DNA from: Vicugna vicugna
Lineage: Eukaryota
Assembly (NCBI GenBank): GCA_013265495.1
Contig: MU061560.1
Location: forward strand, 868,001-932,000
Reading direction: 5' to 3'
DNA length: 64,000 nt
Positions within the stretch are counted from its first letter, which is position 1, and every line of letters starts with the position of its first letter. The notes under the pieces were generated by a model. The model made no database searches, was not told the origin of the DNA, and saw nothing but the letters and a program-made list of their open reading frames with translations. A program made the translations under genes and the position numbers. Below are positions 1 through 12,139 of the stretch, in pieces.

Positions 1-396
1 ACCATATGAGATCGCTCATATGTGGAATCTAAAAAAAAAGAAGAAGAAGACAAATGAACTTAAATATAAAAGAGAAACAGACTCACAGACATAGAATACA
101 AACTTGTGGCTGTCAGAGGGAGGCAGAGTGGGAAGGGACAGACTGGGAGTTCAAGATTTGTAGATACTGACAGGTATATATAGAATAGATAAACAAGTTT
201 ATACTGTATAGCACAAGGAAATATATACAAGATATTGTAGTAGCTCACAGTGAAAAAGAATATGACAATGAATATATGTATATTCATGTATGACAGAAAA
301 ATTGTGCTGTACATCAGAAATTGATACAACATTGTAAACTGACTATTACTCAATTAAAAGAAAGTCACAGACAGGAAAAATTGAAAAAAAAAAAAG
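1..396 (+). mobile_element. Young lineage-specific LINE-1 3' end (3' UTR plus A-rich tail), cut by the window edge
   Basis: 'catatgagatcgctcatatgtggaatct...acagactcacagacatagaa...gctgtacatcagaaattgatacaacattgtaaactgac' followed by A-runs; near-identical to copies at 62945, 26570 and 52425. Confidence 0.93.
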
Positions 397-409
397 AAGA
401 CTGAGAGTT

Positions 410-580
410 AGGAGAAGCTGGACTATGAAGGGCCTGGTGACTGATTTAAAGCAATGGAGGAGAGTAATGGACAGTTTATAGTGGAGATGGGATATGATGA
501 AAATTTCAAAAGACAATCCAGGCTCCAGTGTGGGGAACAGGTTGGAAGAAGCAAGGAGAACAGTTAGAAGGCTCTTCTAG
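410..580 (-). mobile_element. Degraded L2 fragment
   Basis: Purine-rich text resembling antisense L2 ('tatgaagggcctggtga...aagcaatgggagg...ggttggaagaagcaagg...gttagaaggct'). Confidence 0.55.
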
Positions 581-1769
581 TAATTTCTCTCACAGCAGTC
601 TATGCCAGGTATTAAATGTATTAAACAGGTCCATTTGCCAATCTAGGTAGTATTAAAAAACAACTCTTTCTGTGCACTATGTTGTTTAACAATCTTCCTC
701 CAAGAAGCATAGGAAGAATTTGGCAAATGTAAGGATATCCCCAAAAGGGACATGGCCATGACACAGAGTCAAAATACAGAGCCCTTTAAGGATAGACTAA
801 GCCACTGGCAACTCCAGCATGCACAATGTGGTCTCTTCTTGTGTCAGAAGCCCTAATAAAATGCAGTAAATTCTTTCCCGCAATTTCCTAAGGATGAAGG
901 GAGGATGGACCTTAGATTTCAAAGCAGAAACCAACAAATGAAAGCATTAGTTCCAATTTTCCTCATTTAAAAAAAATACTTATAACCAAAATTTCTCTTC
1001 AGTTTCCTTTACTCAGACCTGACTAATTGACTAATTGTTAATTGATTAATTGTTCACATAAGAGACTCTCTGCATTTATAGAATCCAAATTATTGACAGT
1101 CTTAATGATTGAGAATCTCCTTAGTGTAATTTTCTATTTTTACCCTTTATCTATAATTTCCTCCAGATCATCTTTTGGCTAATTCCCCATCCTTCATGCT
1201 GACCTTTCCTGTTATCTTTTTATAAGTATTAGAACATTATAATTTTATTGTATTTGATTAATTTTTATTAGAGTCTCCTATTTCTTATTTAGAACAAGAA
1301 AAGGAGTCCATAAATGGTCCCACTGACTTGTAAGTCTGCGCCGTAATCTAGGTGACTTGGGTCCTTCCAATTAAATATTTTTAGGAGGCCAGCAACTGGA
1401 ATTTTATAAATTCAAGCTCCAAAAAACAAATGGTTGTATTTTATTTCTGATGCTGAGGGTATATGAGTACATTCCCCAATGGCTAAACCTATTTTTCCAC
1501 ACCCGTCCACCCTGAGACTCATATCCCTCTGACTCATTTACTTTGCTCAGTATGTGTCCAGGAAGTGGATACGTTGTAGACTGTTCCTCTCTTACTTTTG
1601 TTTTCAGCTCAGCAGGATGCCATCACTATTGATAGAAGATATTTGGGTAGAGATAACATATAGAAACTTTCAAAAATAGCCAAATAAATTGCTTGGGTTT
1701 AAAAACATTCTATGTGTCTCCAGAATACAACTGCTGCATTCAAAACGAGTGAAAACACAAACGTTGTAT

Positions 1770-2737
1770 CAAAAAACAAAAACAGCCCAATAAGAAAAAA
1801 TGGGCAGAAGACCTAAATAGACATCTCTCCAAAGAAGACATACAGGTGGCCAACAGTCACATGGAAAAGATGCTAAACGTTGCTAAATATCAGAGAAATG
1901 CAAATCAAAACTACAATGAGGTATCACTTCACACTGGTCAGAAAGGTTTAGCATCAAAAAATCTGCAATTAATACATGCTGAAGGGGATATGGAGCAAGA
2001 GAAACCCTCCTACACTGTTGGTGTGATTGTAAATTGGTGCAGCAACTATGAAAAACAATACAGAGATTCCTTAAAAAACTAAAAATAGAGCTATCATATG
2101 ACCCAGCAATCCCACTCCTGGCCGTATATCTGGAAAAAAAACTAAATAAAAAAGATACATGCACCACAATGTTCATAGCAGCACTATCTACGATAGCCAA
2201 GACATGGAAACCACCTAAATGTCCAACAGATGACTGGATAAAGAAGATGTGTTTTAAAAAAAAAAAAATATATATATATATTTACTCAGCCAGGTATGCT
2301 ACTCAGCCATTAAAAAAAATAATGTCATTTGCAGTGTCATGGATGGACCTAGAGATTTTCATACTAAGTGAAGTAAGTCAGACAAAGACAAATATTATAT
2401 ATCACTTACATGTAGAATCTAAAAAAAAATAATACAAAGGAACTTATTTACAAATCAGAAACAGACTCACAGACATAGAAAACAAATTTATGGTTACCAA
2501 AGGGGAAAGGAGGAGAGAGATAAATTAGAAGCCCGAGATGAACAGATACACATCGCTACACATAAACGAGATAAACAACAAGGCTCCTGTTTCTGGCACA
2601 GGGAACTATATTCAGTACCTTATAATAACTTATAAGGGAAAAAAATCTGAAAAAATGCATGCGTATAACTGAATCACTTTGCTGTACACCTACAACTAAC
2701 ACAACATTGTAGATCAACTATACTTCCATTAAGAAAA
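1770..2737 (+). mobile_element. 5'-truncated LINE-1 (ORF2 C-terminus plus 3' UTR)
   Basis: 'aaaatgggcagaagacctaaatagacatctctccaaagaagacatac', 'atgacccagcaatcccactcctgg', peptide [19 protein letters not shown]; degenerate flanking direct repeat aaaacaca..ttgtatca (about 1752-1771 and 2735-2756). Confidence 0.93.
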
Positions 2738-3374
2738 ACACACCGACATTGTATCATGATTACTGGCGACCCCGCACATTTATACAAAGCACTTAATATT
2801 TTGGGAGCTTTGAAATGTGTCTTTATAGGGCCTCTTCTCTGTTTGTCCATGGAAAATCTCAACTAGGATAGTTGATTCTCCAGAATAGCTGCCTTTCAGA
2901 GGAGAAATGAAGGCTACTTACTTGCTATAATAAATAATAAAGATTAACATGACAAACGAAGCTAAATAAAATCCACTAATTAATTCCCAACTAGTAACAC
3001 TTCAGAGAGGGTTATCCTTATGTTTGAAGAAAAACTGGTTTAAACCTGCCTTTTAGAAGAGACTACCATTTATATCAAAATGGTTTTTCATGCTTTCATA
3101 CTCCTAAAATTAAAATACTTATAAATTAAAATTTTAAATGAATGAGAGTTTCACCGTAGAATAAAAATAAACAACTGAAATATTTCATAAATAATAATAC
3201 TTGGTTTTACTTTGATTTAGTGTCCATGCAGATGCCTTTCTCTGTGAAAGATTTACATGTACAGATATTTCCTCTGGACAACCTTACAGAATTTCACTGG
3301 GATTTATTCTGAGTAAGTTGGAAAAGTGGTGGAAACAAATTGAAGAGAATTAATAAAAATCAGGATATCAGCCT

Positions 3375-3497
3375 AGTGTAGTGTATAGGATATTGAAGAG
3401 ACAGGTTCCAGTCTTTGCTTTCCCGATGGCCAGCAGCAGTATGACCTCGGTCAAGTCCCAGATTGTTGTGATTTGCCTTAAAAATGAGAGGTTGTAG
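3375..3497 (+). mobile_element. MIR fragment
   Basis: 'agacaggttccagtc...tatgacctcggtcaagtcc...taaaaatgagaggttg' resembles the MIR core. Confidence 0.55.
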
Positions 3498-3514
3498 TCA
3501 AAACATCCCTTTGT

Positions 3515-3700
3515 GGGGAGGGTATGACTCAGTGGTAAAGGGCGTGCTTAGCATGCAGGAGGTCCTGGGTTCAATCCCCAGTACCTCCACTAGAATAAAC
3601 AAGCTACCGACCAAACCAACCAACCTAATTACTTCCTCCTATCCCCGGGAAAAACCAAACTAAATAAATAAATAAAATTTTACAAAAATAAAAAATAAAA
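3515..3700 (+). mobile_element. tRNA-derived SINE (camelid Vic-1-like)
   Basis: 'ggggagggtatgactcagtggtaaagggcgtgcttagcatgcaggaggtcctgggttcaatccccagtacctcc' with Pol III A/B boxes, 'aacctaattac' linker and A-rich tail. Confidence 0.9.
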
Positions 3701-4384
3701 CACTCCTTCCAGCACATCTCTGGCTTTATGTTTAGCTGGTTTAATTTTTCTAACTACAGAATTCTAACACTCTAGCAGTGAGAGAATATTTATAGAAGCA
3801 CATCGAACACATTATATTGTTTTGGTGTTAATTACACTTGAAAAAAAAATAGTAAACATAATAGTTAACACCATGAAAGAAAGAAGAGTGAAGGGCCAAG
3901 CCCAGGGCCACAGTCAAGAGCACGGAGGAGGACTGTATTGGGGTGAGATTATGCCAGCAGACGCAGGGGGAGAAACAGAGAATACAGATATGCACTAAGG
4001 AAAGGGAGCTATGAAGAGTGGGGCGGGCGTTGAGCAGCAGGAGAGCCCAGTAAGAATGGCTGAAGTTTCTGAAAGGCTCCTTTGGGTGGTTAGAGAGCAA
4101 TCTAAACGCCATGCCGAGTAAGGCGTCACACTGGGAGGTCTGTGTCTAGACCGCCCACTTAAACACGAAACTGTAAAATGCTGCGGAAAAAAAGAGTATG
4201 GTGATTTTAGGGGAAAATGGAGCCAATCAAAATTTGTTCAATAATCTGGAAATTGGAAATGGTTCAATAGTTGAAAGTATCCAAAAAGGAGGGGATGAGG
4301 TTTGGAATAGGGGTTCTCAGAAATCTGGAGGGGATAGCCTCCAGAGCACAGGTAGAGAAAATAGGTAACACAATTAATCATCAA

Positions 4385-4720
4385 CTATTTGTAGCAGAAA
4401 ACAGTTTGATCACATGATTTGTTCTGGAACATGGAATGTGAACAAGTGATTTATGTCACTTATGGGACAAAGTGGTTCGCTGTTGGGACTTTCCCATACT
4501 CTCTCCCCTGTCCACCTGGTTTGAAAGAAAAGATTCTAGTATAAAGAAACCCACTGAAGGAACCCCGGTTTCTAGTCTGTAGTGGAGGAAAGCCATCAGA
4601 CTACCCTCTGGGGAGGCACCACACCACAGAGGACTTTGTGTGAATGAGAACTAAACTTTTGTTCTAAGCCTCCGGGATTTGGAGGTTATTTTTACAGTGG
4701 CTAAATAGCTGACCAAAACA
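4385..4720 (+). mobile_element. Ancient ERVL/MaLR-type solo LTR (LTR16/MLT1-like)
   Basis: 'gatcacatgatttgttctgg..atggaatgtgaacaagtgat..tgtcactt' and terminal 'aaacttttgttctaagcc..gggatttggaggttatttttacag..gctgaccaaaaca'. Confidence 0.6.
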
Positions 4721-4779
4721 AACTGGTGCGAGGTGTGGGGGCTTCGCAGGTGTGCAGTATTGACTGCATGTTCAGGTGT

Positions 4780-5130
4780 TGGTTGCTCCACATTTGCACT
4801 AACACTTGGTGTGGTCAGTCTTCTAAATTTTTGCCCTTCTGGTAGGGTTGTATGAATACCTCATTGTACTTGTTTTATGCACTTCGCCGATGACTAATGA
4901 CCTTGAGCATCATTGTTTGTGCTCATTTGAAATCTTTGTTTTGGAGGAGAGTCTGTTCAAATCTTCTGCCCATTTCTATTTTAATAGAGTTTTTTTCCCC
5001 CTTTGGTATGTGTTCTTTACATACTCGGAATACAAGTCCTTTATGAAATATATGATTTGCAAACGTTTTCTCTCAGTCTGTGGCTTGCTTTTCCTGATTT
5101 CTTAAAAGCATATTTTGAAGTTTTAAATTC
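4780..5130 (-). mobile_element. Old L1 (L1M) ORF2 C-terminal fragment
   Basis: Antisense 'gatgactaatgaccttgagcatc...gagagtctgttcaaatcttctgccc...tatatgatttgcaaac'. Confidence 0.8.

Positions 5131-5134
<4 letters not shown>

Positions 5135-5165
<31 letters not shown>
5135..5165. repeat. (TA)n microsatellite
   Basis: Direct read. Confidence 0.95.
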
Positions 5166-5167
<2 letters not shown>

Positions 5168-5221
5168 TGTATAATAATATATATGTTATTGATTTTCCTG
5201 TGTTCTGGTGTGTTGTTTTAG

Positions 5222-5380
5222 GACAAACCTGAGGGGTAGTGGGGACTCTGAATTTGCATCCAGTTGGTCAGAAGTGCAGGGTAGCCTGGGAACCTTCAAG
5301 CTCATGGTTGGAATCTGAAGGAAGAGCAGTATTTTGGGGTGCTGTGCCATTCGTTTCTGAAGTTTGTGTCAGAATTGTAT
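5222..5380 (+). mobile_element. MER21-like LTR fragment
   Basis: 'ccagttggtcagaagtgcagggtagcctgggaacc...tctgaaggaagagcagt...gtgtcagaattgtattg' resembles the recalled MER21 3' part. Confidence 0.65.
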
Positions 5381-5431
5381 TGTGTGTATGTGTGTGTGTG
5401 TGTATATATGTATATGTGTATATAATATATA

Positions 5432-5471
<40 letters not shown>
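5381..5471. repeat. Compound (TG)n/(TA)n microsatellite
   Basis: Direct read. Confidence 0.95.
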
Positions 5472-5474
<3 letters not shown>

Positions 5475-5789
5475 TTTTAGAATAGTCCCTGGCCCAAAGT
5501 AACTATTCAAGCCAATCCTATCAAGCTATAAAATATTATCCATACAGGAGCATTGACTATTTAAATGATCAATCCCAGGTGAACATAGAATTGCTGTATT
5601 TTAGTACAGGACGGAAACTTGTAAATTATGTGGTCTAAAGTGATTTTAACTAAGTTCAAAAATCTTGTTAGTGACAGGGCCAAGGACAAAACCTGTCTTT
5701 TAAGACAAGACTGTTTTAGTTTTCACATCTTAAAATGGGGCTAATTCAACAGACCTTGTGTCCTGGTAGTGAGGACATTTGGGTGGATC

Positions 5790-6212
5790 TTTCCAGTAAG
5801 TTTCCATTTCCCTGTGCCCCAAGATGGTACCATGATAACCACATTTGAATTACATGACTCGAATCCTTGGTTACAGGCAGTGGACTACTGTCAGGTTCTC
5901 AATTTTCAGAATTTGAAATTTGACTGTGAACTGGAGACCAGGCAGCTGAGGACCAAGGGCAGGCTGATTCTGTGAAGTCAGGTTTGAAGAGAGGGGGAGA
6001 TGAGAGGAGTGGTTGCACAGATAAAGGCAAATAGAGAGAGGGGTAACCAGGGTTACTGGTCTCCTCGCCTGGTCCCTGCCTTTTATGGGGCAGGGTTCAT
6101 CCATCTCCTGCCCTTGAGTTTTGTGAGACATTACCTTTCAAGTAAGTTTCCCCTGTTTGCTTATGCTTGTTGAAAGTGGATTTTGTTACTTGCAACTAAT
6201 AGTCTTGATTAA
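5790..6212 (+). mobile_element. Ancient ERVL LTR (LTR33/LTR16-like)
   Basis: 3' end 'agtaagtttcccctgtttgcttatgcttgttgaaagtggattttgttacttgcaactaatagtcttgattaa'. Confidence 0.55.
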
Positions 6213-7076
6213 CGGACTCCTTGAGAAGACTCTTACAAGATGAAGTGAAACTAAAGGTTAAAATTACTGTTAACACAATTGTTAATGTGAATATGGGGAA
6301 CAAGGAGGAGGGATGGAGGAGATGAAAAACTAAAGATTAAGGTGGGCCAAGGCCTTAGATTTAATAGGAATATTGTAACGTGGGCTCTCTTAAAGAGGAT
6401 GTTTCAGTATTTTCAATTGAAATAGTTACATTAGGCTGCTTTGAAAATGAATGAAAGAATGGTATAGATGTGGAAGAATAAGGTTAAGCAAGCAATTGAT
6501 AATTCTGCTGTCTTGTTCACTACAAAACCAGGTTAAGCAATAACTGTGGTGTGTCAAGGCCATTATAAAATATAATGAAACTGTGGGTGACAAATAGAAA
6601 ACACCACAGGGCCATATCTTGGATGGCTGTACTGAATCAAAAATAGCATTTTTACCAACAATTTTGTTATTTTGAAGGAAAAACCAACAGCCATCACAAA
6701 GCTCATGTTCCATTGCATGTTTGCAAGGAAAAGAGATTTATCCCCTCACCTGCTGGGCCCCGTCAGACTAAAAGAACCATTGTAAACAACAGATTCAAGA
6801 ATCAAGGCTGCGAAGGTAGGTGTCTACCAGGCTGCCTCTCCTGACTGCTAGAAAAGGGCCAGATCTTATTTTGTTTCACAAAAAAGAGATTCTAACAAAA
6901 CAGAAATCAAATAACATTCATGGACAAAAGGACTGTTTTTCAAGGTACTTGGAATACTGAAAAGAGGCAAGAGTGGCGAAGTTCATATCCTTTTCTTCAT
7001 AGGATGAAAGGACCACCTTGAACAGGGCAGCTGAGCAAAGGAGGGACACAACTGGAGGCCACCTTCCTTTTCCTCC

Positions 7077-7385
7077 TTTTTTTCTATTGAAGTAGTCAGT
7101 TTACAATGTTATGTCAATTTCTGGTGTACAGCATAATAGTTCATACATATACAAACATATATTTGTTTTCATATTCCTTTTCATTATTGGTTACTATAGG
7201 ATATTGAATATAGTTCCCTGTGCTATACAGTAGGGCCTTGTTTATTTTATATGTAGTAGCTAGTATCTTCAAATTTTGAACTCCCAATTTATCCTTTCCC
7301 ACCCTCTTTCCCCCTTGGTAATGATAAGTTTTTCTATGTCTGTGAGCCTGTTTCTGTTTTGTAAATAAGTTCATTTGTCTTTTTT
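7077..7385 (-). mobile_element. L1 3' UTR tip with poly(A) on the minus strand
   Basis: Reverse complement reads 'aagacaaatgaacttatttacaaaacagaaacaggctcacagac...cattgtaaactgactacttcaatagaaaaaaa'. Confidence 0.9.
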
Positions 7386-7399
7386 AAAAAAAATTCTGT

Positions 7400-7860
7400 C
7401 ATAAGTGCTGGAGAGGCTGTGGAGAAAAGGGAACCCTCCTACACTGTTGGTAGGAATGCAGTTTGGTGCAGCCACTGTAGAAAACAGTATGAAGATTCCT
7501 CAAAAGACTGAAAATAGACTTACCCTATGACCCAGCAATCCCACTCCTGGGCATATATCCAGAGGGAACCTTAATTCAAAAAGACACCTGCACCCCAATG
7601 TTTATCGCAGCACTATTTACAATAGCCAAGACATGGAAACAACCTAAATCCATGGACAGATGACTGGATAAAGAAGATGTGGTATATTTATACAATGGAA
7701 TACTACTCAGCCATAAAAAGAATAAACTAATGCCATTTGCAGCAACATGGATGGCCCTGGAGAATGTCATTCTTAGTGAAGTAAGCCAGAAAGAGAAAGA
7801 AAAATACCATATGAGATCACTTATATGTGGAATCAAAAAAAACAAGAAGACAAACTTATC
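7400..7860 (+). mobile_element. L1 ORF2-end / proximal 3' UTR segment, inverted relative to 7077-7385
   Basis: 'ataagtgctggagaggctgtggagaaaagggaaccctcctacactgttgg...catatgagatcacttatatgtggaatc'. Confidence 0.92.
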
Positions 7861-7861
7861 A

Positions 7862-8284
7862 ACAGCTTAACCTGAACCAATGCTCATTATAATGTAATTA
7901 ACATTACAGTTCGAGCCCCTCCCATAGGTTCTCTGTGTGCATCATGGGTAGAAACATGTGTAAAAGAGATGGGCATGTCTGAGCACAAGGAAGATGAGCC
8001 ATCAGTCAATCAGCCTGAGCATTCAAAGAACATAAGCCATCAATCAGTCAATCATGAATACGCCCCCTAAGCTAGGCTATAAGAGCAGGAGAGACAAAGG
8101 AGGGGCGCCATTTTTCCTCTCTTGGGTTGGCCCGCCCCCAGCTCCCGGGGTGTGCTGTATTTTACTTCCTTTTTACTTCACTCATAAAGTATTCTGTTTA
8201 TGTCATGCTTTCTGCATCTGTTTAAAAATTCGTTTTTTTTCAGGTGACTAAGAACTGAGGTAACTTTCCTCTCCTCCTGGTAAC
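7862..8284 (+). mobile_element. ERV1-like LTR, 5' end missing
   Basis: Repeated CAAT motifs, TATA-like 'ctataagag' near 8077, variant poly(A) signal 'cataaa' near 8183, terminal 'ggtaaca' at 8284, retained CpGs. Confidence 0.7.
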
Positions 8285-10201
8285 AGTTACATAACTAATA
8301 AGTATTTGGACTAGAATTCAGGCCCAGGTCTGTTTAATTCCAAAGTCAATATTCTTTATACTGTGTTTCATGATCTTATGATTTAGTCTGCAGTATACTT
8401 TTACAACGTTTAGGGTTGGTCTGCATCTCAGGAGAAAATTGCTGTCACGACACAAGGAGCCATGAATTGATTCCCTGACAGGGGTTCTCATCATCAGTAA
8501 CATGAGTGACTGGTACATGGATTTTTAAGGACTATGTCAGGAAATCAGATTCTTAGTAGTGACATGGTGTCCTGGATCTCTCGTTCTTTCTCTCGCCCTC
8601 TTTTTTCCTTTTTTTTTTTTTCCATCTGGGTGAAGTGATAATTCTTGCCCAAGTTTTCCAGTTGGGTTCTTTTTTGAAAAGGAATTGTGATTATTGTTTC
8701 AGTTTCTCCCCTTGCTTGTAACCTATTCAGAGAATTGGAAAGGAACATATCAGTATTGAAAAGGTTAATTTGACTCTTAGAAATTGGTAGAAGCTGACAG
8801 AATTGTTTTTTCTAAACTTTTTATCTAGGGTTTTCTTTCTTTCTTTTTTTTTTAAGGGGCTGCAAATCTCATTTCTCAAAATCCTTTATTTCATAGTCTC
8901 AGATAGATAACCTGCTGTCTTATGCTTCTCTCAGTTTAGATTCAGTAAAGAATGGCATAAAGGCAACAAATGACAAAACCATTGTTTTACAGAAAGAAAC
9001 ATGACATTAAAACCCAGAATAACAAATGACTTCAATACAGTTGGCATTCCAAAGAGGTTAAAATCTTTCAATGAATTCTATTCAAATTAAAAAGAAAAAA
9101 GTCCTTTTAAAATTTTTATTGTCTGTAAAACTTAATAAACATTCACTTAAATTTTGCTTTAGTGTAAAATATAACATTTTATGAAACCTGTCATATATGT
9201 GAAAACATTATATATGTATTTGAGTTAGAAAAATGTGTTAACCTTAAGTTTATGAATATTCCTTTGAGAAATAAAGATAGGATTTTGTAGGAGAAGGTCT
9301 AGGAAAAAATATCATAATACTTTAAATATTATGGTAAGCTCAGAAATTGGTTCTAAACACCTTGCAATTGTAAATATGTAGGCGGGAATCCCATTTTGGC
9401 ACTGAAGCCAATAGTTGAAGCAAATATTTTCCAGTTACTTTTTATTTTCAGAATTCTTAAGGAAATTCTCCAATTCTCAAATGTCCTTTGAAGCATCAAC
9501 ATTTATTTACTTTGGCAATTTAATGAAAATCTCTTAAAATGTATTTCTCAGATTTCTGTTTCTTTAGTACACATGGAGCCTTAGTTCAATATTTTGGCAA
9601 CTCAGGTTTGTCATTAGAAAAGTCAGTTGTGGTATCACATAGGAATACAGTAATGGAATTAAGCACTCCTAAGGCCCACTGCGTGATTTCCATGCTTGGA
9701 GCATATTTATTACTTTGAGCACATTCACATTTTTCCATAACCTTTGCCATCCACTCTTGGATCTTCAACCTTACTTCTTGCTGCTGTTAGTAGTAATTCA
9801 ATGGGATGGGAGCCCTTTTTGTTCAATATGATTGAGACAGATGATCTTGAATTGGGAAGTTGGTGAAAGTAGGACATATCAAAATGTTATATACATACAA
9901 TATATATTTCATTTTAATAAAACCTATAAACATTTCTGTTGACCAACATTTTCATTTAGAACCAAAGCTTATTCCTTGCTTATGAGTTCTGTGATTGGAA
10001 TTTCTTACCATCTTTCTCATTTAAGTCAGAAACGTATAATATATCGTTGGGCAATACCATTTTGGTGATGCAAGATTTCTACTGGCCAAGTATGGAACTG
10101 ATTAAACTTGTTATAATTGTGTTTAAAATAAGGATTAGGAGGTCATAGGTAAGGCAGCATTATGATTAGGCATTATGGGTTAATAGTGGCATTCCAAGAT
10201 C

Positions 10202-10590
10202 TGTAGTCACTGTCTACTGCTGTTGGAACAATTTGCTGCAAAACTTGTGGCTTAAAAAACACAAATTTATTATCTTACAGCTCTGTAGGTTAGAAGGTCA
10301 ACATGCATCTCACTAGACCAAAATCAAGGTTTCAGCAGGATACTGTTCCTTTCTGGAGGCTCTGGGGGAGAATGTCTCCTTGCTTTTTCCAGCTTCTAGA
10401 GGTTGTCTACACTCCTTGGCTCATGTCTCCCCTTTTCCATCTTTAAAGCCAGCAACACTGCATTTCTCCGACCCTTAGTCAATGGTCATAGCGTGCTCTT
10501 TCTATAACTGGGAGAGGTTTTCTACTCTTATAGACCCATGTGATTAGATTGAACCCCCTTACTAATCCAGAATAATCTCTCCAATTCAAG
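10202..10590 (-). mobile_element. MaLR LTR (MLT1C/D-like), truncated by an L1
   Basis: 'gtggcttaaaaaacacaaatttattatcttacagctctg...aaatcaaggtttcagcagg...ttctggaggctctggggg...ccagcttctagagg...taatccagaataatctc'. Confidence 0.85.
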
Positions 10591-11347
10591 TAGAGACAAC
10601 AAAAGCAAAAATAAACAACTGAGGTTACATCAGACTAAAAGGCTTCTGCACAGCAAAGGAAACAATCAACAAAATGAAAAGGCAACCTACAAAATGGAAG
10701 AAAATATTTACAAGCCATATATCTGATAAGGGGTTAATATCTAAAATGTAGAAAGAACTCATAAAACTCAACAGCGCACACACACACACACAAACAAAAT
10801 CCAAAACGAATAAACCCTAAAAACTAAAACCAAAAAAATAAAAAACAAAAAATGGGCGAAGGACCTGAGAGACATTTTTCTAAAGAAGACACACAAATGG
10901 CTAACAGGTATATGGAAAGATGCTCAAAATCATTAATCACCATAGACGTGGAAATCAACCCCACAATGAGATATTACCTCATACCTGTTAGGATGATTAT
11001 TTTAAAAAAGACAAGAAATATTGAGTGTTGGTTGGAGTGTGGAGAAAAGGGAACCCTTGTAAATTGTAGGTGAGGATTTAAACCAGTACAGCCATTACAG
11101 GAAATATTAGGTAAACTGCTTAAAAAATAGAATTACCATATGATTTAGCAATCCCACTTCTATGTGTATATCTAAAGAAATAAAATGAATATCCCAAGAG
11201 ATATTTGCATTCCTATGTTCATTGCAACATTATTCACAATAGCCAAGATATGGAAACAACCTAAGTGTCCATCAATGGATGAATGAATAAAGAAAATGTG
11301 GTATATATTCAAGAAAATATCACTAAGTTATAAAATAGAAGGAAATT

Positions 11348-11568
11348 CAGTTGATTCCTGACCAATGCAGAGGTTAGGGGTTCCTAGTTCACTGAAGGCA
11401 AAAATCCATGTATAATTTTACAGTGGGCCCTCCACATCCTCAGTTCAGCATCCAAGGATTTAACCAAATGTGGATCATGTAGTACTGTGGTATGTGTTTA
11501 TTGAAAAAAAAAATCTGCGTATAAGTGGACCTGTGCAGTTCAAACTTGTGTTGTTCAAGGATCAACTA
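11348..11568. mobile_element. Tigger2-derived (MER8-like) TcMar MITE nested in the L1
   Basis: Degenerate TIRs 'cagttgattcctga' and 'ttcaaggatcaacta' followed by TA; interrupts L1 'aggaaat|aatgccatttgtgacaac'. Confidence 0.8.
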
Positions 11569-11946
11569 TAATGCCATTTGTGACAACAGGGATAATAAAC
11601 TCATAGAACTTTATCCTCAATGAAATAAGCCAAAGAACAAAAGACGAATACTGTATGATCTCACTTAGACATGGAATCTAAAAGTCAACCTCATAGAGGC
11701 AGAGAGTAGAAAGGTGGTATCCAGGGACTAGGGGTAGGAGAAATGAAGAGATGTTGGTCAAAAGGTACAAAGTTTCAGTTATAAGATAAGTAAGTTCTGA
11801 GGATCTAATGATTACAGATAATAATATTGTATTGTAAAATTTGCTAAGAGAGTAAATTAAGTGTTCTTGCTGCACACAAAAAACGGTAAGTATGTGAGGT
11901 GATGTATGTGTTAATTAGCGTGATTGTGTCGTCTTTTCACAATGTA

Positions 11947-12020
11947 GGGTTGACACTTGAACAACTTGGGGGTTAGGGGTGCCAAACCTCCATGCAGTCA
12001 AAAATCCATGTATAAGCTTA
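11947..12020. mobile_element. Second Tigger2/MER8-type terminal fragment in the same L1
   Basis: 'ggttgacacttgaacaacttgggggttaggggtgcc...gcagtcaaaaatccatgtataa', homologous to 11348-11420. Confidence 0.75.
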
Positions 12021-12139
12021 TGTATATAATTAATGTATATAATTACTTGATGTACTATTAATTCTATCCAATGAATTTTTGGGGGGTCAGACAGATTGAA
12101 ATATAACTTACACACAGTAAAATTAATTTCTTTTAGTGC

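Larger units (their letters stand above)
10591..12060 (+). mobile_element. Older L1 (L1MA/L1MB-like) ORF2 end plus 3' UTR
   Basis: 'aaaaggcttctgcacagcaaaggaaacaatcaacaaaatgaaaaggcaacctac', 'acaaagtttcagttataagataagtaagttctgaggatctaatg'. Confidence 0.9.

Noticed and set aside
3515..3590. tRNA-like sequences with A/B boxes (six copies)
   Set aside because: They are SINE heads with A-rich tails and TSDs, not tRNA genes.
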